Assembly (NCBI GenBank): GCA_032718475.1
Contig: JAUCBJ010002596.1
Coordinates: 1-41,752 of the forward strand
From: Nemertoderma westbladi
Lineage: Eukaryota > Animalia > Xenacoelomorpha
Direction: 5' to 3'
DNA: 41,752 nucleotides
The notes beneath the pieces were generated by a model. The model did not search any database. It was given only the letters and a program-made list of their open reading frames with translations, and had not been told where the DNA came from. Below are positions 12,601-23,761 of the stretch, piece by piece. Every line of letters begins with the position of its first letter. Positions within the stretch are counted from its first letter, which is position 1. Both the position numbers and the translations under genes were made by a program.

Positions 12601-14885
12601 TGGGCGCTACTCCTATCTGCTACCCGAAGGTAGGGGTGGGCGCTACTCCTATCTGCTACCCGAAGGTAGGGGTGGGCGCTTACTCCTATCTGCTACCCGA
12701 AGGTAGGGGTGGGCGCTACTCCTGTCTGCTACCGGAAGGTTGGGGTGGGCGTTAATCCATCTGCTACCCGAAGGTAGGGGGTGGGCGCTACTCCTATCTG
12801 CTACCCGAAGGTAGGGGTGGGCGCTACTCCTATCTGCTACCCGAAGGTAGGGGTGGGCGCTACTCCTATCTGCTACCCGAAGGTAGGGGTGGGCGCTACT
12901 CCTATCTGCCACCCGATGGTAGTGGTGGGCGCTACTCCTTTCTGCTTCCCGAAGGTGGGGTAGGCGCTACTAATATCTGCTACCTGAAGGTAGGGGTGGA
13001 CGCTACTCCTGTCTGCTACACGAAGGTAGGGGTGGGCGCTACTCCTATCTGCTACCCGAAGGTAGGGATTGGCGGTACTCCTATCTGCTACCCGAAGGTA
13101 GGAGTGGGAGCTACTCCTATCTGTTACACGAAGGCATGGGTGGGCGCTACTCCTATCTGCTACCCGAAGGAAGGAGTGGGAGCTACTCCTATCTGCCACC
13201 CTATGGTAGGGGTGGGCGCTACTCCTTTCTGCTTCCCGAAGGTGGGGTAGGCGCTACTAATATCTGCTACCTAAAGGTAGGGGTGGGCGCTACTCCTGTC
13301 TGCTACACGAAGGCATGGGTGGGCGCTACTCCTATCTGCTACCTGAAGGTAGGGGTGGGCGCTACTCTTATCTGCTACCCGAAGGTAGGGGTGGGCGCTA
13401 CTCCTATCTGCTACCCGAAGGTAGGGATTGGCGGTACTCCTATCTGCTACCCGAAGGTAGGAGTGGGAGCTACTCCTATCTGTTACACGAAGGCATGGGT
13501 GGGCGTTACTCCATCTACCACCCGATGGTAGGGGTGGGCGCTACTCATATCTGCTACCCGAAGGTAGGGGTGGGCGCTACTCCTATCTGATACCCGAAGG
13601 TAGGGGGTTGGCGCTACTCCTATCTGCTACCCGAAGGTAGGGGGTGGGCGCTACTCCTATCTGCTACCCGAAGGTAGGGGTGGGCGCTACTCCTATCTGC
13701 TACCCGAAGGAAGGGGTGGGCGCTACTCCTGTCTGCTACCGGAAGGTTGGGGTGGGCGTTAATCCATCAGCTATCCAAAGGTAGGGGTGGGCGCTACTCC
13801 TATCTGCTACCCGAAGGTAGGGATTGGCGCTACTCCTATCTGCTACCCGAAGGTAGGGGTGGGCGCTACTCCTATCTGCTACCCAAAGGTAGGAGTGGGA
13901 GCTATTCCTATCTGCTACACGAAGGTATGGCTGGGCGGTACTCCTATCTGCTGCCAGAAGGTAGGGGTGGGCGCTACTCCTATCTGCTACCCGAAGGTAG
14001 GGGTGGGCGCTACTCCTATCTGCTACCAGAAGGTAGGGGTGGGCGCTACTCCTATCTGTTACCCGAAGGTAGGGGTGGGTGCTACTCCTATCTGCTACAC
14101 GAAGGTATGGCTGGGCGGTACTCCTATCTGCTACCAGAAGGTAGGGGTGGGCGCTACTCCTATCTGCTACCCGAAGGTAGGGGTGGGCGCTACTCCTATC
14201 TGCTACCAGAAGGTAGGGGTGGGCGCTACTCCTATCTGCTACACGAAGGTATGGGTGGGCGCTACTCCTATCTGCTACACGAAGGTATGGGTGGGCGCTA
14301 CTCCTATCTGCTACCCGAAGGTAGGAGTGGGAGCTATTCCTATCTGCTACACGAAGGTATGGCTGGGCGGTACTCCTATCTGCTACCAGAAGGTAGGGGT
14401 GGGCGCTACTCCTATCTGCTACCCGAAGGTAGGGGTGGGCGCTACTCCTATCTGCTACCAGAAGGTAGGGGTGGGCGCTACTCCTATCTGCTACACGAAG
14501 GTATGGGTGGGCGCTACTCCTATCTGCTACCCGAAGGTAGGGATTGGCGCTACTCCTATCTGCTACCCGAAGGTAGGGGTGGGCGCTACTCCTATCTGCT
14601 ACCCGAAGGTAGGAGTGGGAGCTATTCCTATCTGCTACACGAAGGTATGGCTGGGCGGTACTCCTATCTGCTACCAGAAGGTAGGGGTGGGCGCTACTCC
14701 TATCTGATACCCGAAGGTAGAGGGTGGGCGCTACTCCTATCTGCTACCCGAAGGTAGGGGTGGGCGCTACTCCTATCTGCTACCAGAAGGTAGGGGTGGG
14801 CGCTACTCCTATCTGCTACACGAAAGTATGGGTGGGCGGTACTCCTATCTGCTACCCTAAGGTAGGAGTGGGCACTACTCCTATC
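9627..14885. repeat. 36-bp GC-rich minisatellite, about 145 copies, with higher-order structure
   Basis: Consensus CTGCTACCCGAAGGTAGGGGTGGGCGCTACTCCTAT, head-to-tail with no spacers. It produces the 12-aa periodic ORFs (YPKVGVGATPIC, LLPEGRGGRYSY). Confidence 0.98.
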
Positions 14886-15036
14886 CCAAGTGTTGCTCCC
14901 AGTAGTTCAACTGGTCTATATTTTGGCGACCCTAGTGAATGAGAGGCAGAGTGGTCCCTGACGGGGCTCGAACCTACGACCCATAGATTGCCAGCCTGGT
15001 CATCTCAACATACTTAATCTACTCAGCCTTAATACC
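14886..15036 (-). mobile_element. tRNA-derived SINE head whose body runs directly into the 36-bp array
   Basis: On the minus strand there is an A-box-like GGCTGAGTAGATTAAG (from 15028) and a B-box GGTTCGAGCCC (14974-14964). About 80 nt of body follow, ending ACACTTGG-GATAGGAGTAG, which is the first repeat unit. Confidence 0.65.
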
Positions 15037-15251
15037 ATTTTTAATTTAAGTATCGCCAAAAGTCCCATTCAGAATTTCAAGTCCCTCTGGGTTAAAACTA
15101 TTGAGGCGCAAAATTTGAATCTAAAATACTGAGACCACATGTAGGGAGGGGGGTGGGGGGTGGGGGTGGGGGATGGAGGGGGTGTATAATGCTTTGGCTT
15201 TTTAAGTAATTTTAAATTGAATTAATTTATGTTAAGCAATATACTCTTTAA

Positions 15252-15987
15252 GGGGGGGGGGGGGGGGGGGGTACACCATTTTGGTCCAAAATATGTAGAA
15301 ATTTTTTTATGGTCTACTGTATTATAATGCACCATTGAATGGTGTTTCCAAATCTGAAAACCGCTATTTAATAGCTCTTTTAGTTTTCATGTTATGTAAA
15401 TTTCCATTTAGGGAATCCTATTGAAATTACTATTACTATATATAATGAAAGGTCGATTATCTCCAAATATTTTTTTCATGAAATGTCAACTTCAAAACCC
15501 TACTTCTTCTACAATTTTTGAGTAATTAGTCTGAAACTTCCTGTGGGTGTCTAGATAGCCACCCTGCATAAAAGTATCAGACAACTTTTCGAAATTTTTT
15601 GTTAATAAAATTTAATACTATTTATATAAAACCTAAAAATTTGCATAAATTTGCAGCGCCACCTAGCGGTGCAGAATTATTTTAACAAAATTTCGCCTGA
15701 AAGTTATGTTGCCCCATCTTTGATCTATCATATAAAAAAACTTTCATGTGATTATGTTCAAAACTGTAAAAGCCTTAGGGTTTTAAGCGCAACCAAGTTT
15801 TTTTTGTTGTTAACTAGTATTAACTAATATTAAATAGCGAAAAAAAAAATTATGACCTGTCATGTAGAATAGCATCTTAGGCACCTACTGTATATGCCAA
15901 ATTTTAGCCACAACTAAACAATTTTGAAACGCTGAGAGTCATAAATCTAAGAATTGTCCGAAAATGGTGTACCCCCCCCCCCCCCTT
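15252..15987. mobile_element. Non-autonomous TIR element with TTAA TSD (Kolobok-like)
   Basis: TTAA-(G)n-TACACCATTTT ... AAAATGGTGTA-(C)n-TT-TTAA, with TTAA at 15248-15251 and 15988-15991. Purine-purine termini plus a TTAA TSD fit Kolobok. Confidence 0.75.
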
Positions 15988-16255
15988 TTAAGCATTATAA
16001 GCTCAGGTCTATCATAACATTGCAATCTTCGAGTTTACGAATATGGCAACGAAATTCTCGAGAACCTACCGAAACGATTTCAATTCTAAGAAAAAAGTTT
16101 GAAAAAGAAAAAAATTGGAGGGTAAAATGTGTAAACTTCAGAATACTTCAATTCGCAGAATAGCAAGTTTACATCCTCCGGTTGAAATTGTATATACACT
16201 ACAGTAGGAACAATAATATGTATATTTTTAATTCTCCTTATTACTGTAAGTGTTT

Positions 16256-16410
16256 TATTGCGCTCATTTCTTCCCACCTTATAACAGGTACGGATACTGA
16301 CTGATACGTTTATTGTTTTGGTGAGATTCAGCCCTAATAATCTGGATTATTAGTGACAACTTGATGTTCCTCAAGTGGAGGTAAACTGCAAAGTGAAATA
16401 TATCATAAAA
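16256..16410 (+). repeat. Dispersed repeat, second diverged copy at about 32235-32385
   Basis: Both sites share cgtttattgttttggt..gattcagccct..taa and actgcaaagtgaaatatatca. Confidence 0.7.
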
Positions 16411-16940
16411 AGCGTAAACGTCCGCGTCTACTGACGCATGAACTGTCTAATTAACAAATTATTAACAACAACAAAGGGACAAAGGTCAGGTCTGTCAGGT
16501 CAGGTGTTGTCAGGTCAAAGGTTGGATTACAATCGAACCAAATATAACATGTCCATCTATATTAAAAACAATTTTAAGCCAACAATTAAATTGGAGATAA
16601 GTTAAAAAAACTCGGAAAGGAGAGTCGATAAATATCAAGAGGTCGCTGGAGTATTTCTTCTTTGTTAAAGGTTTTTAAATTTCAAACATAAGTGTTTTTA
16701 TACGTTTGGGGCATCCAAATAAATAGTTCTGGTGTATATTTGTTAACAATATAAATATAAAATTACATTGGAAATACCGCAAAAACTTCAGCTGACATTC
16801 CAAATATATTTATAACCAAAATTGAATAGATATAAATTACCACGCAGTATCCTAACTAACAGTAAATTATGTCTCCTTACATCAATACCAGGATTACACA
16901 ACATACTGTATATTGCACGGGGAATATACTGTACAGTAAG

Positions 16941-17355
16941 TAGTGTTTAATTAAACGGGATCCCGATCCCGAAAAACTGGGAGCCCGGCGAAAAATACAA
17001 CCCCGGTCCCGATCCGACTTTTTTTGTGACGGGATCCCGAAGTATAAATAGTGAAGTAAATTTGTTGAATAAACAGTTCCAGCGCGAACGGAAATGTTTT
17101 TATTGAATTGAATTTTTATGTCAGGAAACCATCCAGTAATCAATTGCAAAATAATTTAAATATAACTTTATCTTACTAATAGTTCAGAAGTATAACATAA
17201 AGTTAGTGTTACCCAAAACAAGCCACATACTGTTGTATAATACAGTATTAACTTTAAGGAATTTAATTCAAAATTACAATCCCGTTCACTATCTCGAAAA
17301 ACGGGATGCCGAGAGATAATCCCGGTCCCGAAAATCTGTTCCCCTTTAAACACTA
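16941..17355. mobile_element. hAT-type MITE
   Basis: TIR TAGTGTTTAA/TTAAACACTA with subterminal (A/G)TCCCG/CGGGAT motif clusters. The 8-mer GTACAGTA is on both flanks (16931-16938, offset 2 nt from the TIR, and 17356-17363). Confidence 0.7.
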
Positions 17356-18270
17356 GTACAGTATTAGTAGGCCCTAATCCCTATATACTGTAGGTATTTT
17401 TTTTTTACCAGGGGGCCCGTTTGAACCCATGTCATGGTAGAATAAGGTCGTTTTCCGCTGTTATAATTATTATATGTCATTGTACGCGAGTATTAGTAAA
17501 TTAATATTGCCAATATGCTATTAATTAATACCACTGTGTACCGGTGAGTCAACAGAGCGGACTGGAGGCCAAAGTTAATATTGCTTATTTATTATTTGAT
17601 AATATTTTATATTTTTCAAAATTTAACTATCTTATCTTGAAAATGACAAGGATTTATATACAATTTAGTGAACTACTCGAAAAAGAAGGTCAATTTCTAC
17701 CTCGTAAAATTAAATATGGCCCAAGGGACTGTATCCCTGGATACAATGTTGTAAGTACCAGTTGGAAGTAAAAGTGTCTGAGTCTGTACTCCCAGATATT
17801 CCCATTGGCGATATCTCCTTTGCAGAAGTGAAGGCTGCTGCTGCAAAGAGCATCAAGACCAATCGTGCCAGTGGAGTAGAAATACCTGAGTGTTTAAAGC
17901 GTATCTATCCCATCATAGTAGACATGTACCGAACGGCAAGAGTCCCACAAGAAATGAAAACAAATAAGTTGGTGCCAGTTCCCAAGAAGGGCAACCTAAC
18001 ACTCTATGGTTCTTTTCGGGGAATCTCATTGATCTCGATTGCTGCAAAGCTATACAGTAGAGTTCTATTAAATAGCATCAGGGATCCCATTGAGAGACTG
18101 CTCCGTGGAAATCAGAATGGGTTCCGTAAAGGTCGTGGGACCATGGAGCCCATTTTGGCACTTAGAAGAATAATTGAAGAGTTATCAAAAAAGAAAGACA
18201 GGCATCTGGCTGTTATCTTTGTTGACTTCTTCAAGGCCTTTGATTCAGTCTCTCGCTCACGTATGTTCAG

Positions 18271-19676
18271 TAGGGCGGTGCATTTTTTACTTTTTTTCGA
18301 TTTCATTGTTCTACCGGTGCACAAAAGTTGCCAAATGGTAAAAAAAATAAGGCAAAAAAAATTTCTTTCAATTTCGTCTATATCTTCACGGATCCCAAGA
18401 GGGTTGAAATTTTGTGCCATCGCGATGCACCATAATGAAATTTATAACAATATAACACATTGATGAAAGATCAATGAGTCAAAAAAGAACTTCCTGCATA
18501 TATCAAATGTCATCAAATGGGTCCAAACTTAGTTAGATACCAAAATTTTAATTTTTGGATTAAGGGAAGTAGTGCCACAGGCACATGACCAGAACTTACT
18601 CTTTGGCGCAAGTGATGATTATTCTCAATTTTGGTGATGGACAACTTTTAGTTCTCCTACGGCATTAATATTATGCTCATTAGAACCGCAATGACCGATT
18701 TAGTGGAGGTAGCCACCATCAAAACAAGCATAGAGCGAATAGATCTTGATATATTGCAGAAAATGTAAAGTACGGCACAAGTCAACATTACCGCCTTGAT
18801 GATTTATAGACAAATACACAAAAATGTTACTTCTAATTATCTTAAGGCATCAAAAATATACACATCACTCCAACAAATTGATTTAGTGTATACAAACAAC
18901 TTCAAAATTAAAGAGTAGTGATTAATTCACTATAGTATTTGTACAAAATCTGTGGAATGGGTCAACTCAATATCAAGTATTAATTGGTGGACATAGTCTT
19001 GACATTTTGTAAAATAACTCAAGAACTAATGACTCTATTCTTAGTTTGAAGGTGTCTTCACCCACTATATCGATCATTTCTGTGATGTGTCTATTCGTGA
19101 TTCCTTGAGATAATTCAAAATATCATTTTTAGTATATTTGTCCATATCACATCAAGGTGGTAATGTAGACTTGTGCCGGACTTCACATTTTCTGCGATAT
19201 CTCAAGAACTATTCGCTCTACGTTTGTTTTGAAGGTGTCTACCCACTAAATCGGCCATTGCGGTTCTAATGAGCATAATATGAATGCAGTAGGAGAACTC
19301 AAACTTGGCCATCGCAAAAATTGAGAATAATCATCACTTGCGCCAAATGGTAGGTTCTGGCCATGTGCCTGTGGCACTAGTTCGCTTGATCTAATAATTA
19401 AAATTTTGGTATCTAACTAAGTTTGGACCCATTTGATGACATTTGATGCATGCAGGAAGTTCTTTTTTGAGTCATTGATCTTTCATCAATGTGTTATATT
19501 GTTATAAATTTCATTATGGTGTATCGCGGTGGCACAAAATTTCAACCCTCTTGGGATCCGTGAAGATATAGACGAAATATAAAGAAATTTTTTTGCCTTA
19601 TTTTTTTACCATTTGGCAACTTTTGTGCACCGGTAGAACAATGAAATCGAAAAAAAGTAAAAAACGCACCGCCCTA
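18271..19676. mobile_element. Non-autonomous long-TIR DNA transposon (hAT, possibly hATm-like) inserted in the RT
   Basis: Ends TAGGGCGGTGC...GCACCGCCCTA. About 600-bp inverted arms (18271-~18870 / ~19080-19676). 8-bp TSD ATGTTCAG/ATTTTCAG with one mismatch. Confidence 0.9.
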
Positions 19677-21040
19677 ATTTTCAGCATACTTTCATTATAT
19701 GGGATTCCTGATGAAATTATTGCAGCAATCAGATCAGTATACGATGGTTCGACAACACTTGTGTCTATTGTTGACGGTGACACAGAACCATTTGAAGTGT
19801 TATGGGGCGTCCTCCAGGGAGACACACTTGAACCATTCTTGTTCATAATTGTTGTTGACTATGTTCTACGCATGTCCTTAGATCATCAAAATGATGATGG
19901 GGTGATGATAACTCCACCTATTGGCTCCAGAAGTCGAGGAAATCCTGCCAAATACCTAACTGATCTAGACTTTGCTGATGACTTAGGAGTACTCTCAGAA
20001 TCACTAGAGGGAACTCAACGGCAGTAGTAGGGTCTTGGGCGGCTCTGCGACAGTTAGACCCCACTGACACCCATTGGGTGTCATATGACACCCAATTATC
20101 ACCCTATGGGTGTCATTGGGTGTCATTGGCGCCAGACTGTCTGGGTGACACCTCCCAATTAGGCTAATTAGACCCTAATTGAAAGGTGTCATCAATTAAT
20201 TAGTACAATTAAACCCTAACAGGTGTCATATGACTCCTAATTAGGGTTTAATTGATTATCCTAATTAATCAGACTGATTAGCGCCCTGACACACAATGGG
20301 TCATCAGTGTTGTCCAAGTGTCACAGAGCCGGGGGAAGAGGGTGTCATAAGTGACACCGCAGCTCTTTTATTCATTAATACTTATTTATTCGTATTTAAT
20401 TCTAAATTAATTATTCATTTGTACTTTATTTTAAATTAATTAATTGTATTACTTTTACTTTATACATTGATTTCTTAGCCATACTTAGCCATAGGGTATA
20501 CAGCTCCCCCACTGGCAACTAATTACTCTTATCTATATCCAGACAGCTTTATCGTTGACCTTTAACCCCCCAATTAGCTTTAACCAAGCAACAGCTTATT
20601 AATAATAGTTGTATCCAAGCGCCCCGCCCCCCCTCTCGTGACAGCTCTGATTACTAATTACTCTTACCTATATCCAACCGTCTGCAGGTCCATAGTCTGC
20701 CGCTAGAGGGCGTATTATCTGAAAATTAACATCTTCTCTAACTTTGTTATTTACAATCCGCAAAACTATGAAGTTATATTGCTTAAGAGTTCTAAGGGGC
20801 GAGCCATGAGGCAAGATGTTTGAGACTTATTTAGATATATTATTACTTAATTTGACCCCCCAATCGGCATCTACTACGGCATAGGCTATATCTTTTGCAG
20901 AGTCACAGAGTAGTATGAAGTTCCCCAGTCTGCCGCTAGAGGGCGAAATGTCTCAAAGTGAAAACCATACGGTAGCCATGAATTGGTTACTAGGCAATAA
21001 TACTGCATTTTGCAACGTTAGGCCTATTGCTGACCGAACG

Positions 21041-21122
21041 AAAACTGCCCTGGTTCATGCAGGGATCGAACCCATGACATACGGGAGATGTGAATTCAAC
21101 GCAACCACTACACCAAGGTGGA
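21041..21122 (-). ncRNA. tRNA-like Pol III unit / SINE head in the left TIR (mirror of 24510-24590)
   Basis: Minus strand: A-box TGGTGTAGTGG, B-box GGTTCGATCCC, then TTTT. Confidence 0.5.
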
Positions 21123-21185
21123 ACAGTAACCTTCGAATTTGTTCGTTGACGTTCGAATTTGTAAGACTCTCATTTAAGACCTGAC

Positions 21186-21776
21186 ACAGACTATGCCTCA
21201 CTGAGGCACTGAGGCATAGACTATGCCTCACTGAGGCACTGAGGCATAGACTATGCCTCAATGAGGCATAGACTATGACTCACTGAGGCATAGACTATAC
21301 CTCACTGAGGCACTGAGGCACTGAGGCATAGACTATGCCTCACTGAGGCATAGACTATGCCTCACTGAGGCATAGACTATGCCTCACTGAGGCATAGACT
21401 ATGACTCACTGAGGCATAGACTATGCCTCACTGAGGCATAGACTATGCCTCACTGAGGCATAGACTATGCCTCACTGAGGCACTGAGGCATAGACTATGA
21501 CTCACTGAGGCATAGACTTTGCCTCACTGAGGCATAGACTATGCCTCACTGAGGCACTGAGGCATAGACTATGCCTCACTGAGGCATAGACTATGCCTCA
21601 CTGAGGCATAGACTATGACTCACTGAGGCATAGACTATGCCTCACTGAGGCATAGACTATGCCTCACTGAGGCATAGACTATGACTCACTGAGGCACTGA
21701 GGCATAGACTATGCCTCACTGAGGCATAGACTATGACTCACTGAGGCATAGACTATGCCTCACTGAGGCATAGACT
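21186..21776. repeat. 22-bp palindromic tandem array in the left TIR
   Basis: Unit ACTGAGGCATAGACTATGCCTC. TGAGGCATAG-A-CTATGCCTCA is a perfect inverted repeat. Occasional 8-bp ACTGAGGC duplications occur. Confidence 0.95.
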
Positions 21777-22217
21777 TGCTTCACCATGGATGGGCTTTAC
21801 CACTGTACTCGCATCTGCTGTCTCATTGGCTGCTCGATGCCTCAGATTAAGGGTCTAAGGCCTTCAAGCTGATCATTTGCTTAGTTTTCTAATTAGAAGG
21901 TCGTGAGTTCGAACCCTAGAAGAGCATTATTCTTTTTCCTAGCTCTTGGCTAACTCTAGCATACACTAGCTTCGACTCTCCCAGCTATAGTGATAGTATG
22001 CAACCTTGGGAGTTAATGTGAGTAAAGGCCAAGAGATTAGACTTCAGGCTCCCTCTAATGGTTCATTCTTCTTAACTTTAGAAAATAGCACAACCCGTAT
22101 TTAAAGTTTTAAAAATTATGACTTAGTCGACCAATTTTCCAAGGTATATTATAAAACATATAATTTCTTGAATAAATAGGCCTAATAGTAATAAATATTG
22201 TGGGGTAAATACATTTA

Positions 22218-22326
22218 TAATACTAATATAATTATTATGGATAAATAGTCCTAATACTAATATAATTGTTATGGATAAATAGTCCTAATACTAATATAAT
22301 TGTTTTGGATAAATAGCCCTAATACT
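22218..22326. repeat. 34-bp tandem repeat x3 just downstream of the cargo ORF
   Basis: TAATACTAATATAATT(A/G)TT(A/T)TGGATAAATAG(T/C)CC at 22218, 22252 and 22286. Confidence 0.85.
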
Positions 22327-22341
22327 ATTATGAAAGGAACT

Positions 22342-23409
22342 TCAACAAACAAATGTCAATAGCGTCGTCCTGCGCGGGCATATACTGAACGAGAGTTTTT
22401 TTATCATAGGTCTTCGAAAATTAGTAAAAGCTGGTTGATTTACTTTACTTTCATCTTCCTCATTACCCAACTGTTTCTTAATTTTATTCAATTGCTCATT
22501 AATTTTCAGTAATTTACTTTTATTTCCCATAACCTGTCTTAATATCTCTTCTCTATTTTCCTCATTTTCTTCCATTTGTTTAATAAATTTCCGCATTTGA
22601 TTTTTGTTTCCTAATATTTGTCTCAATATCTCTTCTTTATTTTCATCATTCTCTTCTAAATGTTTAATACATTTCTGTAATTTAATTTTACTTCCTAGAA
22701 CTTGGGTCAATGTCGCCTCTTTATTTTCTTCATTTTCCTTCAAATGTTTAATAATTTTCCGCAATTGATTCTTATTTCCAAGTAATTGCCTCTTTATTTC
22801 CTCATTATCATCATTTTCATCCTCTTCTCCACTTTCCTGATCTTCACTTTCTTCACCCTCTTTCTGACCTTCACTTTCTTCATCCTCTTCCCCGCCTTCA
22901 CTTTCTTCATCCTCTTCCTGTTCTTCACTTTCTTCATCCTCTTCCTGTTCTTCACTTTCTTCATTCTCTTCCTGACCTTCGCTATCTTCACCCTCTTCCT
23001 GTTCTTCACTTTCTTCATCCTCCTCCTGATCTTCACTTTCTTTGTTCTCAACTTCACTCTCTTCAACTTCATCCTGACCTTCACTATTTTCATTCTCCAT
23101 CTCATCATCCTCTTCTTTTCCATCTTTCTCACTCAAAGTTTCCTCATTTTCTAGGGGTAACTGTTTTTGTATCCCTTTCAAAATATTCATAACTTTATGA
23201 AATTTATTTTCCATTGTCTGTTTTATATTTAATATATCACGCTCATCTCTCTTTTTCTTTTCATCTTCACTAAAAATATCTTCGGATTTTTTAAATTTTT
23301 TTGGTAATGGAGCCATTAGTTTTTCCTTTCTATGCGTTTCCATATGGCGAGATAAATTGTCTTGTCTCATTTCTTTATTACAAACCAAACAACTTTCATG
23401 TCTATGCAT
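22342..23409 (-). CDS. Cargo protein of the Polinton-like element: N-terminal C2H2-like zinc finger, acidic tract, 28-aa coiled-coil repeats (355 aa, unknown function)
   Basis: Intact intronless ORF starting at ATG with A at -3. Features: CLVC-x11-H-x3-H (CLVCNKEMRQDNLSRHMETH), basic PKKFKK, about 120 aa E/D-rich with 9-aa repeats, and four about 28-aa repeats (N-K/R-EE-I-LRQ-x-LG-NK...). Upstream promoter elements are present. Confidence 0.8.
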   Translation of the reverse strand: MHRHESCLVCNKEMRQDNLSRHMETHRKEKLMAPLPKKFKKSEDIFSEDEKKKRDERDILNIKQTMENKFHKVMNILKGIQKQLPLENEETLSEKDGKEEDDEMENENSEGQDEVEESEVENKESEDQEEDEESEEQEEGEDSEGQEENEESEEQEEDEESEEQEEDEESEGGEEDEESEGQKEGEESEDQESGEEDENDDNEEIKRQLLGNKNQLRKIIKHLKENEENKEATLTQVLGSKIKLQKCIKHLEENDENKEEILRQILGNKNQMRKFIKQMEENEENREEILRQVMGNKSKLLKINEQLNKIKKQLGNEEDESKVNQPAFTNFRRPMIKKLSFSICPRRTTLLTFVC

Positions 23410-23521
23410 TATATAGCAATGTCAATTAATAATATTGAATTTTAGCTAAATGATTTTACAAAATTTTAAATAAATTAAACTTTTATGAAAATAAATAAAA
23501 CTTTTTAATATAAAACTTAGA

Positions 23522-23647
23522 GAATGACTGGGAATGCGTTGAACGGGGGTTATTATAGAGGGAGGCTAGAATGGATTATCCAATCAGAGTGCGAGGGTGA
23601 GTTAGGCAGCCAATCAGGACTCGAGGGAGGAAAGTTAGACAGCCAAT
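23522..23647 (-). promoter_or_regulatory. Candidate Pol II promoter of the cargo ORF: 3 CCAAT boxes + TATA + Inr
   Basis: CCAAT at 23580, 23610 and 23643 (30 and 33 bp apart). Minus-strand TATAATAA starts at 23557. Inr TCATTC has A+1 at 23525, placing the TATA at -32. Confidence 0.6.
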
Positions 23648-23761
23648 GAGAGAGTAGATGCGAGTACAGTGGTAAAGCCCATCCATAGTGAGATAACGTC
23701 ACACTAACTCTCAAGGATAGTTATACTCACTATTCAAATATCCCTCGCAAACCAGATTCCC

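Noticed and set aside
9627-14885. CRISPR array (36-bp repeat with internal hairpin)
   Set aside because: The units are directly head-to-tail with no unique spacers, there are no cas genes, and the context is eukaryotic.
9703-14942. Repetitive ORFs (YPKVGVGATPIC / LLPEGRGGRYSY) as a structural or RGG protein
   Set aside because: These are translations of the 36-bp satellite. Frequent 1-bp indels switch frames, so there is no sign of coding constraint.
15143-15183. G-quadruplex-like G-run cluster (also poly-C at 8118-8140)
   Set aside because: These are simple homopolymer or low-complexity tracts next to TEs, with no evidence of function.
18271-18463. C-terminal part of ORF 17762-18463 and N-terminal part of ORF 19593-20027 as RT sequence
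   Set aside because: These are read-through into the TIRs of the inserted foldback element. The true RT joins 18270 to 19685.
20915-21184. 89-aa ORF duplicated at 24447-24716
   Set aside because: The duplication simply reflects the TIRs. The ORF overlaps a CTCF-like motif and the antisense of a tRNA-like unit and has no protein features. It is not formally excluded.
22786-23154. Hydrophobic (+) and Lys/Arg-rich (-) ORFs overlapping the cargo gene
   Set aside because: They are shadow frames of the GAA-rich acidic tract.
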